Shown here in pieces: positions 1-10,028 of a stretch of 64,000 nucleotides of DNA (position 1 is its first letter; every line of letters starts with the position of its first letter). The notes beneath the pieces were generated by a model. It ran no database searches. It was not told the origin of the DNA and was given only the letters and a program-made list of their open reading frames with translations. Both the position numbers and the translations under genes were made by a program. Source of the stretch: an uncultured bacterium (GTDB taxonomy: Bacteria; Auribacterota; Erginobacteria; Erginobacterales; Erginobacteraceae); NCBI GenBank assembly GCA_963822585.1, contig CAWGIE010000019.1, positions 32,001 to 96,000 on the forward strand. Reading direction: 5' to 3'.

Positions 1-1144
1 CCCTCACGATGGAAGCGATGGCGTGACCTGCCATGATCACATACGAGGGCTTCGGTGGCGACATTTGAATGTGTTCAACAAGGAAGTTGAAATCGTCTGT
101 GATCTGCCAAGAGGGAAGTGTCCAAAGTGCGGAAAAGTATGGCGGGTGACCCCACCTTGGGAAGGACGGGCGAAGCATTTTACGAAAGAGTTCGAAGCCT
201 TCGCCCTGACCTTGATGCGGGAGATGCCGGTTAAAAAGGCCGCGGAGATTCTTGGCGAGCAAGACACCAGGATGTGGCGGGTTGTGAGTGCCTATGTGGA
301 AGAGGCGTACAAGAGAGTGGATATGTCGGATGTTGTTTCCGTCGGGGTTGATGAGATGTCTCGATCGAAGGGGCATCGCTACCTGACGGTGTTTGCCGAT
401 TTGGTGCTCAAGCGAGTGCTGTTTGCCACCCCAGGTAAAGACAGCGAGACGTGGGCGGAGTTTACCAATGCGTTGGAGGACCATAAGGGGAAAGCGGAAT
501 CGCTTACGAGCGTATCTATGGATATGAGCAAGGCCTATGCGAAGGGAGTGCGCGAGAACTGCAGCAATGCCCGGATAGTCTACGACAAGTTTCACGTGAT
601 TGCCCATGCCAACAAAGCGGTGGATCTTGTCCGCCAGAGCGAATCCCAGAGTGGGCGCCCGATAGTCCGGGAGACATTGGCCAAGAGTCGTTGGATCTGG
701 CTGAAGAACCCGGAAAATCTGACCAAGAAACAGAAAGCCCGGTTGAAGCGGATTGATCAGGATATGCTGCTGACCGGAAGAGCATACCAGATGCGGCTGG
801 CGCTGCAGGAGATTTACCGGCTCGGTTCTGTCACTGAGGCGGCCAAGCGATTTGGAGAATGGTGCCGCTGGGTTCAACGAGAAGCTCGCAAAACCAGCCG
901 ATGGCTTCTTTACCATATGTCCCAGGTTGCCGATATGATCGAATCCCACATCGCAGGAATCCTGGCACACTGGAATCAGGGTGTGACCAATGCTTTTATG
1001 GAAGGGATTAATAGTGTTTTCTCCGCTGTTCGACGCAAGGCTCGTGGGTATCGAAGCTCCCGGAATATGATTACTATGCTCTACTTTGTCGCCGGCAAAC
1101 TTCCTTCACCTGCTGAACTCAGCCACTGAAAATAGCGAGGAACC
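1..1144 (+). mobile_element. ISL3-family insertion sequence, right part (left end outside window)
   Basis: Transposase ORF is followed directly by CCACTGAAAATAGCGAGGAACC (reverse complement begins GGTTCC, ISL3-like end), then AT-rich TACTAATT as a candidate 8-bp target duplication. Confidence 0.8.
2..1129 (+). CDS. ISL3 family transposase (5'-partial; frame is open from window start)
   Basis: Zn-finger CPKCG; motifs GVDE, SMDMS, YDKFHV, TNAFMEGINS..RRKARGYR typical of ISL3 DDE transposases. Confidence 0.95.
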   Translation, partial: PHDGSDGVTCHDHIRGLRWRHLNVFNKEVEIVCDLPRGKCPKCGKVWRVTPPWEGRAKHFTKEFEAFALTLMREMPVKKAAEILGEQDTRMWRVVSAYVEEAYKRVDMSDVVSVGVDEMSRSKGHRYLTVFADLVLKRVLFATPGKDSETWAEFTNALEDHKGKAESLTSVSMDMSKAYAKGVRENCSNARIVYDKFHVIAHANKAVDLVRQSESQSGRPIVRETLAKSRWIWLKNPENLTKKQKARLKRIDQDMLLTGRAYQMRLALQEIYRLGSVTEAAKRFGEWCRWVQREARKTSRWLLYHMSQVADMIESHIAGILAHWNQGVTNAFMEGINSVFSAVRRKARGYRSSRNMITMLYFVAGKLPSPAELSH

Positions 1145-1146
1145 TA

Positions 1147-1341
1147 CTAATTCCACAGTTAATCATTAATGCTTTATCAATGGGATTAAGCCTCATTGGC
1201 GCACCATTCAGTAAAGCGCTCCTCCTGATTATAAATATTATAGGATTAGGGACTATAAACATTTTTGTCATCACTGCCGTTTTATTTTCCATATTTATAT
1301 ATATAAATAATGGCACTGCCAACTCAATCAATTCTAAGTAG
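1147..1341 (+). pseudogene. C-terminal fragment of an AT-rich membrane protein gene interrupted by the IS
   Basis: Open frame from the IS end reads LIPQLIINALSMGLSLIGAPFSKALLLIINIIGLGTINIFVITAVLFSIFIYINNGTANSINSK*, two hydrophobic stretches. Confidence 0.45.
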
Positions 1342-1505
1342 AGGACTCGATCCACCATCAAATATCGACCTCGGAAATAGAGAAAAGGGGGCGAGGTAAG
1401 ATTGGGATATTGTTGGAGTGGACTAAGCTATACTTAATAATAAACCACGGTAAAATAATTCCGGGGACACGATACTAAATATAAATTAACCGGGCCACCG
1501 CAAAC

Positions 1506-1654
1506 GCACAGACAGGAATGTCTGTGTTACTCTGGCTCGCGGCAGAGGGCTGCACAGACAGGAATGTCTGTGTTACTCTGGCTCGCGGCAGAGGGCTGCA
1601 CAGACAGGAATGTCTGTGTCACTCTGGCTGCACAGACAGGAATGTCTGTGTTAC
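1506..1654 (-). repeat. REP-like palindrome array 1 (4 copies of GCACAGACAGGAATGTCTGTGTYAC)
   Basis: Copies at 1506, 1552, 1598, 1630; hairpin CACAGACA-GGAA-TGTCTGTG; reverse strand begins GTAA/GTGA (GTAG-like tetranucleotide). Confidence 0.9.
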
Positions 1655-1709
1655 TGATTCGACCGGCGTTATTTAACTTGATGTCAGGCTTACAGAGAAA
1701 AGAAACAGA

Positions 1710-2276
1710 ATGAAACCATTTTCAATCATACTGTTGTCAATCTCTGCCATGGTACTTACTGCAGGTTGTTCAAGCGTCAGAATCAAGCAGCCTCTGTCCG
1801 GCGTCCCGAAACCGATCGACCGGGAGGAGTTTGAAGGCGCATGGTTTACCGGTGATACCGTGGTCCATGTAAAATTCGACAGAAATGGCGTAGCCCAGAT
1901 TGCCGGAGTGGACTGGAAGGACAATCAATTCCAGATTGTTCATGCCGAAATGATTGTGACGGAGGGGGACAAACACAATTTTTTGTCCTTTCGAGTACAG
2001 GAAGACGGTAAATGGATGGATGGTTACCTGTTAGCTGCGTATAAGTTTTCGGAGCAAGGCGACCTGATTCTCTGGGCGCCCCGTGTCGAGACATTCGAGG
2101 AAGCGATCGAAAAGAAGCAACTCAACGGAGAAGTGAAGGAGCAGCAGTACAGCACCGACATAACGATAACGGATCCGCCCGAGAAGCTTCTTGAGTTCAT
2201 TAATGATCCCGACGATCTGAAAATATTTGACTATCGAGAACCGATGATCCTGCACAAGGTTCCGGGAAATAAATAA
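1710..2276 (+). CDS. hypothetical lipoprotein
   Basis: 188-aa ORF with signal peptide and lipobox LTAG-C. Confidence 0.8.
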   Translation: MKPFSIILLSISAMVLTAGCSSVRIKQPLSGVPKPIDREEFEGAWFTGDTVVHVKFDRNGVAQIAGVDWKDNQFQIVHAEMIVTEGDKHNFLSFRVQEDGKWMDGYLLAAYKFSEQGDLILWAPRVETFEEAIEKKQLNGEVKEQQYSTDITITDPPEKLLEFINDPDDLKIFDYREPMILHKVPGNK

Positions 2277-2350
2277 GCCAAATAATTCCGATTCCAGGGA
2301 CAGATGCTGGTGGCGTAATACTTAATACGAATCGCCCGGACCCGGCAAAC

Positions 2351-2763
2351 GCACAGACAGGAATGTCTGTGCTACTCTGGGCTGCACAGACAGGAATGTC
2401 TGTGTCACTCTGGCTGCACACAGACAGGAATGTCTGTGCTACTCTGGGCCGCACAGACAGGAATGTCTGTGTTACCTTGGCTCCACAGACAGGAATGTCT
2501 TTGTTACCTTGGCGGCACAGACAGGAATGTCTGTGTTACCTTGGCTCCACAGACAGGAATGTCTGTGTCACCTTGGACTCGCAGACAGGAATGTCTGTGT
2601 TACCTTGGCGGCACAGACAGGAATGTCTGTGTCACCTTGGACTCGCAGACAGGAATGTCTGTGTTACCTTGGCGGCACAGACAGGAATGTCTGTGTTACC
2701 TTGGCTCCACAGACAGGAATGTCTGTGTTACCTTGGCGGCACAGACGGGAATGTCTGTGTTAC
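2351..2763 (-). repeat. REP-like palindrome array 2 (13 tandem copies, mostly 32-bp period)
   Basis: Units at 2351, 2384, ~2418, 2451, 2483, 2515, 2547, 2579, 2611, 2643, 2675, 2707, 2739; linkers short and near-identical; copies 1 and 3 end CTAC (GTAG on reverse strand). Confidence 0.92.
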
Positions 2764-2821
2764 TCTGGCGGGCGGGAAGTAACCTCCCGTAGCGGTTGAA
2801 ATGGCGAAGGCGCGCTGCGAT

Positions 2822-3232
2822 ATGGATATCAAATCAATTATTCGACAGCTGTTCGACCGGGTTTTGAACGAAGGCGACCTGGATTTTCTGGATCAGATCA
2901 TTTCCGACGACTATGTCGATCACAACCCTCTGCCGGGTGTCCCGCCCGGCCGGGAAGGGGTTCGGATCAAAATAAAAGCGTTACGCCGGGCGTTCCCCGA
3001 TATACAATTCATCCTGGAAGATGTAATCTCTGACGGCGCAATCGCCGCCGCCCGCTATCGCTGGCAGGGGACCCAGAAAGAAGAATTCGCCGGGATCGCC
3101 CCCACCAGGAAAACGGTCGAGGTGGGCGGGATGGATTTCTATCGCGTGGAAAAGGAAAAGATCAGCGAACACTGGCATACCATCGATGAACTCGGATTGC
3201 TTCGACAGCTTGGTGCGATCACCGTTAAATAA
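2822..3232 (+). CDS. SnoaL-like ester cyclase (NTF2-like)
   Basis: Motifs DYVDHNP..PGREG, RAFPD, GTQ..EFAGIAPT, KISEHW..DELGLLRQLG. Confidence 0.9.
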   Translation: MDIKSIIRQLFDRVLNEGDLDFLDQIISDDYVDHNPLPGVPPGREGVRIKIKALRRAFPDIQFILEDVISDGAIAAARYRWQGTQKEEFAGIAPTRKTVEVGGMDFYRVEKEKISEHWHTIDELGLLRQLGAITVK

Positions 3233-3343
3233 CGGACACTCTTCCCGGGAGTCGGCCGCGGAGGTACTGATGTGCTTCCCGGCGGCGGCCGATAACGGCC
3301 CGGGAAAACTTTTCAGGGGCTATTACCCCTTAAGGAGGAGACG

Positions 3344-4081
3344 ATGAAGCAGAGAAGACAAGCCGGTTTATACCGGGACCTCCTGGTCCCGGCCGCGGTC
3401 CTGATCTTTTTTCTCTTCGCCGCGATCAACGCCTACGCGGTATCACCCGAGGAGGCACTGGTTAAGCTTCAGGAAGGGAACAAACGGTACGTGGCCGGGA
3501 AGGCTGTTCACCCAAATCAAACTCAGGCCCTGCGAAAAGCGTCTGCCGGCGGACAACAACCGTTCGCTTCCATCCTGTCCTGTTCGGATTCGCGGGCGCC
3601 GGTGGAACTCATCTTCGACCAGGGGATCGGGGACGTTTTCGTCATCCGGGTGGCCGGCAACGTGATCGATACCATGGAGATCGGCACCCTGGAGTACGGG
3701 GTGGCCCATTTGGCCACGCCGCTGATCGTGGTTTTAGGACACACGCACTGCGGGGCCGTATCGGCCGCGGTCAATAACTACGCGGTTGAGGGAAGCATCG
3801 TTCCCCTGGTGGAGAAGATACAGCCCGCCGTTTACCGGGCGAAAAAGACCGACCCCGCTCTGGCCGGTTCCGGGCTGGTGACGAAAGCGACCGAGGAGAA
3901 CGTCTGGCAATCGATCAAGGACCTGCTCTCCCGCAGCCCGATCGTCCGCGAGCGGATGAAGGCCGGGAAACTGCAGGTTATCGGCGCCATATACGATATC
4001 GAGACCGGCGCGATAAAATGGCTGGGTCCCTACCCGGAACAAGCCCAGCTTTTGTCTCCATCCCTGAAAAAACTGGAATAG
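3344..4081 (+). CDS. beta-class carbonic anhydrase with signal peptide
   Basis: CSDSR, RVAGN, GH..CGAV zinc motifs; N-terminal signal peptide; RBS AAGGAGG. Confidence 0.95.
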   Translation: MKQRRQAGLYRDLLVPAAVLIFFLFAAINAYAVSPEEALVKLQEGNKRYVAGKAVHPNQTQALRKASAGGQQPFASILSCSDSRAPVELIFDQGIGDVFVIRVAGNVIDTMEIGTLEYGVAHLATPLIVVLGHTHCGAVSAAVNNYAVEGSIVPLVEKIQPAVYRAKKTDPALAGSGLVTKATEENVWQSIKDLLSRSPIVRERMKAGKLQVIGAIYDIETGAIKWLGPYPEQAQLLSPSLKKLE

Positions 4082-4084
4082 TTT

Positions 4085-4332
4085 TAACCCGATTTATTCA
4101 TAAATCGGGTTAGTTTTGAACAACGACAAAGCAGAAACTTGTCGTAGTGAAATATGGTTTCGATCATATCATATTCTTTGGCAAGCACTTGTCGACAAAC
4201 ATCTGTCATCGATCGCGTTATCGCCGGCAGGCGGAAATCGGTGGCCTATCGGCTGAGATAAAACAGTCTGCTGTTGCCGTATTGATATGTTTGCTATGCG
4301 TAATATGTTGAACGATAATCAATAATCCGGGT
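4085..4332 (+). repeat. ~250-bp dispersed element, copy 1 (MITE-like or ncRNA)
   Basis: Hairpin TAACCCGATTTA..TAAATCGGGTTA + GTTTTGAACAA; 3' end colinear with copies at 30690-30935 (-) and 33358-33607. Confidence 0.7.
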
Positions 4333-4360
4333 CAATAGGGTCATCGCAAGGAGGTGCGGT

Positions 4361-5257
4361 ATGCCTGTTTTGGTGGCGCTGATCATAGTGGCGGTTTTTA
4401 TTTTCCTCCTGGGAATCAGGATCGTGCGACCGACGCATCGCGGACTGGTCGAGCGGATGGGCCGGTACCACCGGTTCGCGCGCTCGGGATTTAACTGGAT
4501 CATCCCGGGTATCGACAGGTTGTTCCAGATCAATATCACGGAACAGATGGTGGACGCCAAGCCGCAGGAGATCATCACCAACGACAACCTGAATGCGAAA
4601 GTGGACGCCCAGGTGTATTTCAAGGTCAAGGACGACGAGGAGAACGTCAAAAACTCGCAGTACAAGGTGAACAACTACAGCTACCAGATCGTGAACCTGG
4701 CCAGGACCACGCTCCGGAACATCATCGGCACCCTCACCCTCAAATCCGCCAACAGCGAGCGGGGGAAGATCAACGACGAGCTGAACAAGACCCTCCGGTC
4801 TGAAACGGCCCACTGGGGGATAGAGATCGTGAGGACGGAATTGAAGGAGATCGACCCTCCCAAGGACGTTCAGGAGACCATGAACAAGGTGGTGAAGGCG
4901 GAGAACGAGAAGATCGCGGCCATCGATTTCGCGACCGCCACCGAAACGACGGCGGACGGCGAGAGACGGGCCCAGATCAAAAAGGCGGAAGGGCTGAAGC
5001 GGTCCAAGATCCTGACCGCCGAGGGCGAAGCGGAAGCCATCCGGCTGGTGAACGAGGCCGCGGAGAAATACTTCGTCGGCAACGCCCAGCTGCTCCGGAA
5101 ACTGGAGGCGATGGAGCGGGCGCTGGAGAAAAATACCAAGATCGTGGTCCCGACCGGGTCGGAACTCGTCAACGTCATCGGCGAGATGGGCGGCGTCCTG
5201 CCCTTCCCGAAAGAGAAGGCTTTGCCGCCGAGTCATCCTTCCGGCCACCAGCGGTAA
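4361..5257 (+). CDS. SPFH/Band 7/prohibitin domain protein
   Basis: N-terminal TM; GLVERMG, QEIIT.DN, ARTTLRNIIG.LTL, ELKEIDPP..VQETM, AEGEAEAI. Confidence 0.93.
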   Translation: MPVLVALIIVAVFIFLLGIRIVRPTHRGLVERMGRYHRFARSGFNWIIPGIDRLFQINITEQMVDAKPQEIITNDNLNAKVDAQVYFKVKDDEENVKNSQYKVNNYSYQIVNLARTTLRNIIGTLTLKSANSERGKINDELNKTLRSETAHWGIEIVRTELKEIDPPKDVQETMNKVVKAENEKIAAIDFATATETTADGERRAQIKKAEGLKRSKILTAEGEAEAIRLVNEAAEKYFVGNAQLLRKLEAMERALEKNTKIVVPTGSELVNVIGEMGGVLPFPKEKALPPSHPSGHQR

Positions 5258-5348
5258 TGCGCGCCGGCAACAATAAATCGTAGGGAGGAAAGATAAAAGA
5301 TTATCACAAGATAAAAAGTTCCCAGGATTGAGGTTAGCCGGGGAAACA

Positions 5349-5540
5349 CCCTCCCCCTAACCCCCTCCCATCAAGGGAGGGGGGATAACAGCAGGGGCGG
5401 CTCCCCCAAGGAAGGAAGAATACCAGCGGGGGCGATTCCTCCAGGAAAGGGGAATACGGCCGGGGCGGCCCCCTGGTACCCCTCCCCCCTTGATGGGGCG
5501 TACAACCCTGAGCCTGCCGAAGGGGGGAGGGGGGTGGTCA
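5349..5540. repeat. cluster of GC-rich palindromic REP-like elements
   Basis: CCCTCCCCCTAACCCCCTCCCATCAAGGGAGGGGG with an inverted partner at ~5480-5538 enclosing ACCCTGAGCCTGCCGAAGGG. Confidence 0.55.
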
Positions 5541-5628
5541 CCAAACTTCCTGATGAGGCAGGAATGGTAATATCTATTTTACCCACACAAATACGGAAGA
5601 GAACCAGTTGAGAAATTGGAGGAAGAGA

Positions 5629-5838
5629 ATGAAACTAAGCGCGCGCAATGTGCTGAAGGGAACCATCAAGACGGTGGAAATCGGGGCCGTTAACGTGGAA
5701 GTAACGGTCGAGGTCGCCCCCGGCCTGGAAATGACCTCGATCATCACCAAAAAATCATGCGAAAATCTCGGGCTCGCGGTGGGAAAACCGGCCTACGCGG
5801 TCATCAAGGCGTCGAACGTGATGATCGGGGTCGACTGA
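5629..5838 (+). CDS. mop: molybdenum-pterin-binding (Mop/TOBE) protein
   Basis: MKLSARNVLKG..GAVN.EV...SIITKKS.E.LGL.VG..AYAVIKASNVMIG. Confidence 0.93.
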   Translation: MKLSARNVLKGTIKTVEIGAVNVEVTVEVAPGLEMTSIITKKSCENLGLAVGKPAYAVIKASNVMIGVD

Positions 5839-5908
5839 AAACAGATCCCTCTAAAAATCCTCAACCCTATCCGCCTCTTTTCCCGGGGCGGCCCGGAGAG
5901 CAGTGCCC

Positions 5909-6394
5909 ATGAACCGACGGGCTTCCGAACTGATCGAACTCCTCGGCCTGGAACCCCACCCGGAGGGAGGATACTATCGTGAGTTCTTCCGTTCCCCCCG
6001 TCCCGTCCGTCTTCCGGATAAGAGGGAGGAGCGCCGGGCTCTAACCACCATATACTTTTTACTGGCGGCGGACGAACACAGCTCCTGGCACAGGATCGAT
6101 AGCGATGAAGTATGGCATTACTATGAGGGGGCGCCCCTGGAACTGTTGCTGATCGACCCGGAGGCCCGGGAGTGCGGCCGTCATCTGCTGGGAAAAGCCG
6201 GGGAGGAAAGCCGGCCGGTGGCGGTGGTTCCGGGCGGCTACTGGCAGGCGGCGCGGACCACTGGAGAGTACACGCTGGTCGGCTGCACGGTGGCGCCCGG
6301 TTTCGAATTCGGCTCTTTCCGTCTGCTGAGAGAGCGCGCGGAGGAAGCAAGCGAGATCCGGCGCCGGTTCCCCGAATTGACGGAGCTTATGTAA
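5909..6394 (+). CDS. cupin domain protein (DUF985/Cupin_5)
   Basis: LEPHPEGGYYRE, TTIYFLL, WHR..SDEVWHYYEG, CTVAPGFEF. Confidence 0.93.
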   Translation: MNRRASELIELLGLEPHPEGGYYREFFRSPRPVRLPDKREERRALTTIYFLLAADEHSSWHRIDSDEVWHYYEGAPLELLLIDPEARECGRHLLGKAGEESRPVAVVPGGYWQAARTTGEYTLVGCTVAPGFEFGSFRLLRERAEEASEIRRRFPELTELM

Positions 6395-6514
6395 TCGAGG
6401 CGGAAGGGCGGTTCGGACAATGAATTATTCGATGCCCCCTCCCGGATTCTCCCCCAACGGTGATCCGCGGTTTTCCGCGCCTGCTCAGCCGAAGGATTAC
6501 AGCCAGCTTTGATC

Positions 6515-7872
6515 ATGACGATATCCGCCGAAAGAACAACGCCGGTGCCCCCCGGGGAAGAAAAGATCCCGGGGTGGTCCATGAACTTCCGCCTGCTCTT
6601 CCGGTCCCTGCGGCACCGGAACTACCGGCTCTTTTTCATGGGCCAGAGCATCTCGCTGATCGGCACCTGGATGCAGATGACGGCGGTCGCCTGGCTGGTC
6701 TGGCGGTTGAGCCACAGCGCCTTCCTCCTCGGCTTCGTCGGGTTCTCCACCCGGATACCGGCCTTCGTGCTGGCGCCCTTTGCCGGCGTGCTCATCGACC
6801 GCGTCAACCGGCACCGCCTCGTCATCCTGACGCAGGTACTGGCGATGGTCCAGGCCCTGATGCTGGCGGCCCTGATGTATTCGGGGCGGATCGAGATCTG
6901 GCACATCGTCGTCCTCTCGCTCATGCTCGGGGTCATCAACGCGCTGGGCATGCCCGCCCGGCAGGCGTTCATCGTCCAGATGCTCGGCCGGCGCGAGGAC
7001 CTGAACAACGCCATCGCCCTCAACTCCTCGATGGTCAACGGCGCCCGGCTGATCGGCCCCGCGATCGCCGGCATTTTGATCGCGGCCGTCGGCGAATCGG
7101 TCTGCTTCCTTCTCAACGGACTCAGCTACCTGGCCGTCGTCGCCAGCCTGCTGATGATGCGCGTCCCCCCCACGCCCGGGCCCGGGCGCAGACCGCGGTC
7201 ATCGAACACCTCAAGGAAGGGTTCCGCTACGCTTTCGGCTTTCCGCCCATCCGCTCCCTGCTTCTCCTGCTGGCGCTGGTCAGTCTGACCGGGGCTTACT
7301 ACACCCAGCTGTTGCCGATCTTCGCCCAGAAGGTCCTGCACGGCGACGCCCGCACACAGGGTTTCCTCCTCTCCGCCGCCGCCGTCGGCGCCTTGGCCGG
7401 GGCGCTCTACCTGGCCGGGCGGCGCAGCGTCCGCGGCCTGGGGCGGGTGATCGCCTGGGCGCCTGCCGTCTTCGGCGTCGGACTGATTGCGCTCGGGCTG
7501 TCGCGGTGGCTGTGGCTCTCGCTGGCGGCGATGCCCGTGGTCGGGCTCGGGTTCATGGTGCAGATGGCCTCCACCAATACCGTACTGCAGACGATCGTCG
7601 AAGACGACAAACGGGGGCGGGTGATGAGTTTCTACTCGATGGCGTTTATGGGGATGGTGCCCCTGGGCAGCCTGACGGCGGGGGTGCTCGCCCACTTCAT
7701 CGGCGCTCCGCTGACGGTGCTCCTGGGCGGGATCTGCTGTATCGGGGGCGCGATCGCGTTCGCCCGCCGGCTTCCCGCCATCCGCGCGCTCGTCCGCCCG
7801 ATCTACGTCCGCCAGGGAATTATCCGGGAAGTCGCCACCGGCCTGCAGTCGGTCAGCGGGAACATGGGTTAA
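6515..7872 (+). CDS. MFS transporter (MFS_3-like), frameshifted near 7165-7190
   Basis: N-half (RSLRHRNYRLFF..GQSISLIGTWMQ) in frame of ORF 6509-7288; C-half (HLKEGFRYAF..RGRVMSFY) in frame of ORF 6460-7872; C7 run at 7165. Confidence 0.88.
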
Positions 7873-8001
7873 CCGGAAAGATAATTCCACCATGATTGAT
7901 TCGCCATCCCGATCCCTTGAAAGCATGACCTTCATGTTCTTCATGTCCTTCATGGTGAATAAGAGATTCCGGGTACCCGGGCAGGCGGGGAAACAGTCCC
8001 T

Positions 8002-8784
8002 TTACTTCACCAGCCGTCTCTTGATCAGCTTGACGGCCAGCCAGGAGGCGAGGAACGTGAAGACCGCCATCCAGACGACGTCCCCGAGAAGGTGAACGGA
8101 GACGTTTCCGGTGGCAAAAGCCCGCGACAGGTTCACCGCGTGGGTGAGCGGCATGAACCAGGAGACCGTCCGGACCCAGGACGGAAGCGCCGAGAGGGGG
8201 AAGAAAACCCCCGAGAAAAAAAACATGGGAGAGACCACCAGGCTGAAGTAGTAGGCGAAGTAATCGTAGGACGGCGAGAAGGCCGTGACGGTCAGGGAGA
8301 GGGACGCGAACATCAGTCCTTCGAGAACAAATAAGGGCGGACTGAGCAGGAGCCAGGGCGAACGCGCCAGCCCCCAGGGCACCAGCACGGCCAGGATGAT
8401 GAGCGCCGAGAAAAACCCCTTGCTCGCGCCCCAGAGGATCTCCCCCGCCGCCACCTCCTCGATGTTGACCGGGGTGGCCATGATCGCGTCGTACGTCTTC
8501 TGCGCGTCCATCCTGGTGAAGGCCCCGAAGGTGCACTCGAAGGTGGCCGCGTTCATCGCCGCCGCCACCATCAGGCCGGGAGCGATGTACTTGATGTAGG
8601 GCACGCCGTCGATGTCGGAGATGAACCGGGAGAGCCCGAGACCGAAGGCGAGGAGGAAGAGTATCGGCTCGGCCAGGTTCCCCACCAGGCTCGCCTTGTA
8701 GAACTTGAGCCAGGTGTCCCGGTTCCGCTGCCAGACCTTATAGGCCCGGCGGCCCACTCGCGGCGGTGTCAGCAGCTCGATCAT
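8002..8784 (-). CDS. ABC-2 transporter permease (NodJ-like)
   Basis: VWQRN, EPILFLLAFG.GL, YIAPGL, FFSGVFFP, PLTHAV; ATG overlaps the ATPase stop. Confidence 0.92.
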   Translation of the reverse strand: MIELLTPPRVGRRAYKVWQRNRDTWLKFYKASLVGNLAEPILFLLAFGLGLSRFISDIDGVPYIKYIAPGLMVAAAMNAATFECTFGAFTRMDAQKTYDAIMATPVNIEEVAAGEILWGASKGFFSALIILAVLVPWGLARSPWLLLSPPLFVLEGLMFASLSLTVTAFSPSYDYFAYYFSLVVSPMFFFSGVFFPLSALPSWVRTVSWFMPLTHAVNLSRAFATGNVSVHLLGDVVWMAVFTFLASWLAVKLIKRRLVK

Positions 8785-9701
8785 TCCCGCAGCTCCCTCC
8801 CGGTCAGCTTGAGAAAGACGTCTTCCAGCGTCGCCTGCCGGTGGACGAAGCCGACCCGGGTGAAACACGAGGTCCGTTTGAGCACCGCCTCGGCATCGTC
8901 GGTGTAGACGAATATGGTATCGCCCGAGGTCTCGGACTCATGCTCGATCATCTCCAGGCAGGCGAGGACTTCATCGGTATCTTCGCCGCCGATGGTAAAC
9001 TCGAACACACTGCCGCGGACGTGCTTTTTCAGAAGCTCCCGCGGCGACCCCCCGTCCAGTATCTTGCCGTTATCCATGATCACCAGCCGGTCGCAGAGCT
9101 GCGCCGCCTCGTCCATGTTGTGCGTCGTCAGGGCCAGGGTCCGTCCCGTCCTTTTCAGGCCCCGGAGCTTCTGCCAGATCAGGTGCCGGGCCTGGGGATC
9201 GAGCCCGGTGGTCGGCTCGTCGAGAATAATCAGCTCCGGATCGTTGATCAGCGCCCGGGCCACCATCAGGCGGCGCTTCATCCCCCCCGAAAGGTTGGTT
9301 ATCTTCTCGTTTTTCCTGTCCAGAAGGGAAACGAAATCGAGGAGGGACTCGGCTTTTTCAAGCGCCGGCTTTTTCGGAATATCAAAGTAGCGCGCGTAGA
9401 CATGGAGGTTCTCGATCACGCTCAGGTCGGGGTCGAGGTTGTTCTCCTGGGGGACGACGCCGAGCCGGGCCTTGATCCGGCGGGGATTTTTTCCGATCTC
9501 CATCCCGAATACCGTCAGTTCACCCCCGGAGAGCGGGCTGCGGCCCTCGACCATGTTCATGGTGGTCGTCTTGCCGGCGCCGTTGGGGCCGAGAATGCCG
9601 AAGCATTCGGCCTTTCTCACCTCGAAATCTATCCCCCGCACCGCCGGAAAGCCGGAGTAGTCCTTGTAAAGCCCGGCCGCCTTGATCACGATTTCACTCA
9701 T
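8781..9701 (-). CDS. ABC transporter ATP-binding protein (NodI-like)
   Basis: GPNGAGKTT, LSGGMKRRL, LDEPTTGLDPQARH, TLEDVFLKLTGR. Confidence 0.95.
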   Translation of the reverse strand: MSEIVIKAAGLYKDYSGFPAVRGIDFEVRKAECFGILGPNGAGKTTTMNMVEGRSPLSGGELTVFGMEIGKNPRRIKARLGVVPQENNLDPDLSVIENLHVYARYFDIPKKPALEKAESLLDFVSLLDRKNEKITNLSGGMKRRLMVARALINDPELIILDEPTTGLDPQARHLIWQKLRGLKRTGRTLALTTHNMDEAAQLCDRLVIMDNGKILDGGSPRELLKKHVRGSVFEFTIGGEDTDEVLACLEMIEHESETSGDTIFVYTDDAEAVLKRTSCFTRVGFVHRQATLEDVFLKLTGRELRE

Positions 9702-10028
9702 AATAAATTAGCTCGCTACGCTCGCAAATTTATTAGTTTTGAACAACGCCCGGGTTGATTCCTCCGGGGCAATGATATCAAACGATTTATTTATTGTGCG
9801 CCAGAGGCGCATCCCGATGGCTATCGGGGAAATTCCGAAGCAACAACGTTCAAAGCGGGGAAACGATCCACACACTATACGGCTCCCGCGGCCATATCCA
9901 AGCAAATTTTTCTCTGTTCGATTCCGCGATATTTTTTTCTCGCCCGGCACGGGCCGCATAGTATAATTGTCGCCCTCGTTTTCGGCTCCGGCCGGATTGA
10001 CGAGTACGCTGGACCGAGGAGAAAACCG

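Noticed and set aside
1119..1361. Minus-strand 80-aa ORF
   Set aside because: Runs into the IS end; the opposite-strand hydrophobic frame is more protein-like
1660..2290. Integron gene cassette (GATGTCAGGC before the lipoprotein resembles an attC end)
   Set aside because: GTCAGGC deviates from GTTRRRY, no convincing RYYYAAC or attC hairpin follows the gene, and no integrase is present
2351..2763. CRISPR array
   Set aside because: Linkers are only ~7-10 bp and near-identical, there are no unique spacers and no cas genes; fits REP-like tandem repeats
2363..2799. ORFs 2363-2782, 2430-2792, 2509-2799 as proteins
   Set aside because: Simply translations of the 32-bp repeat in three frames
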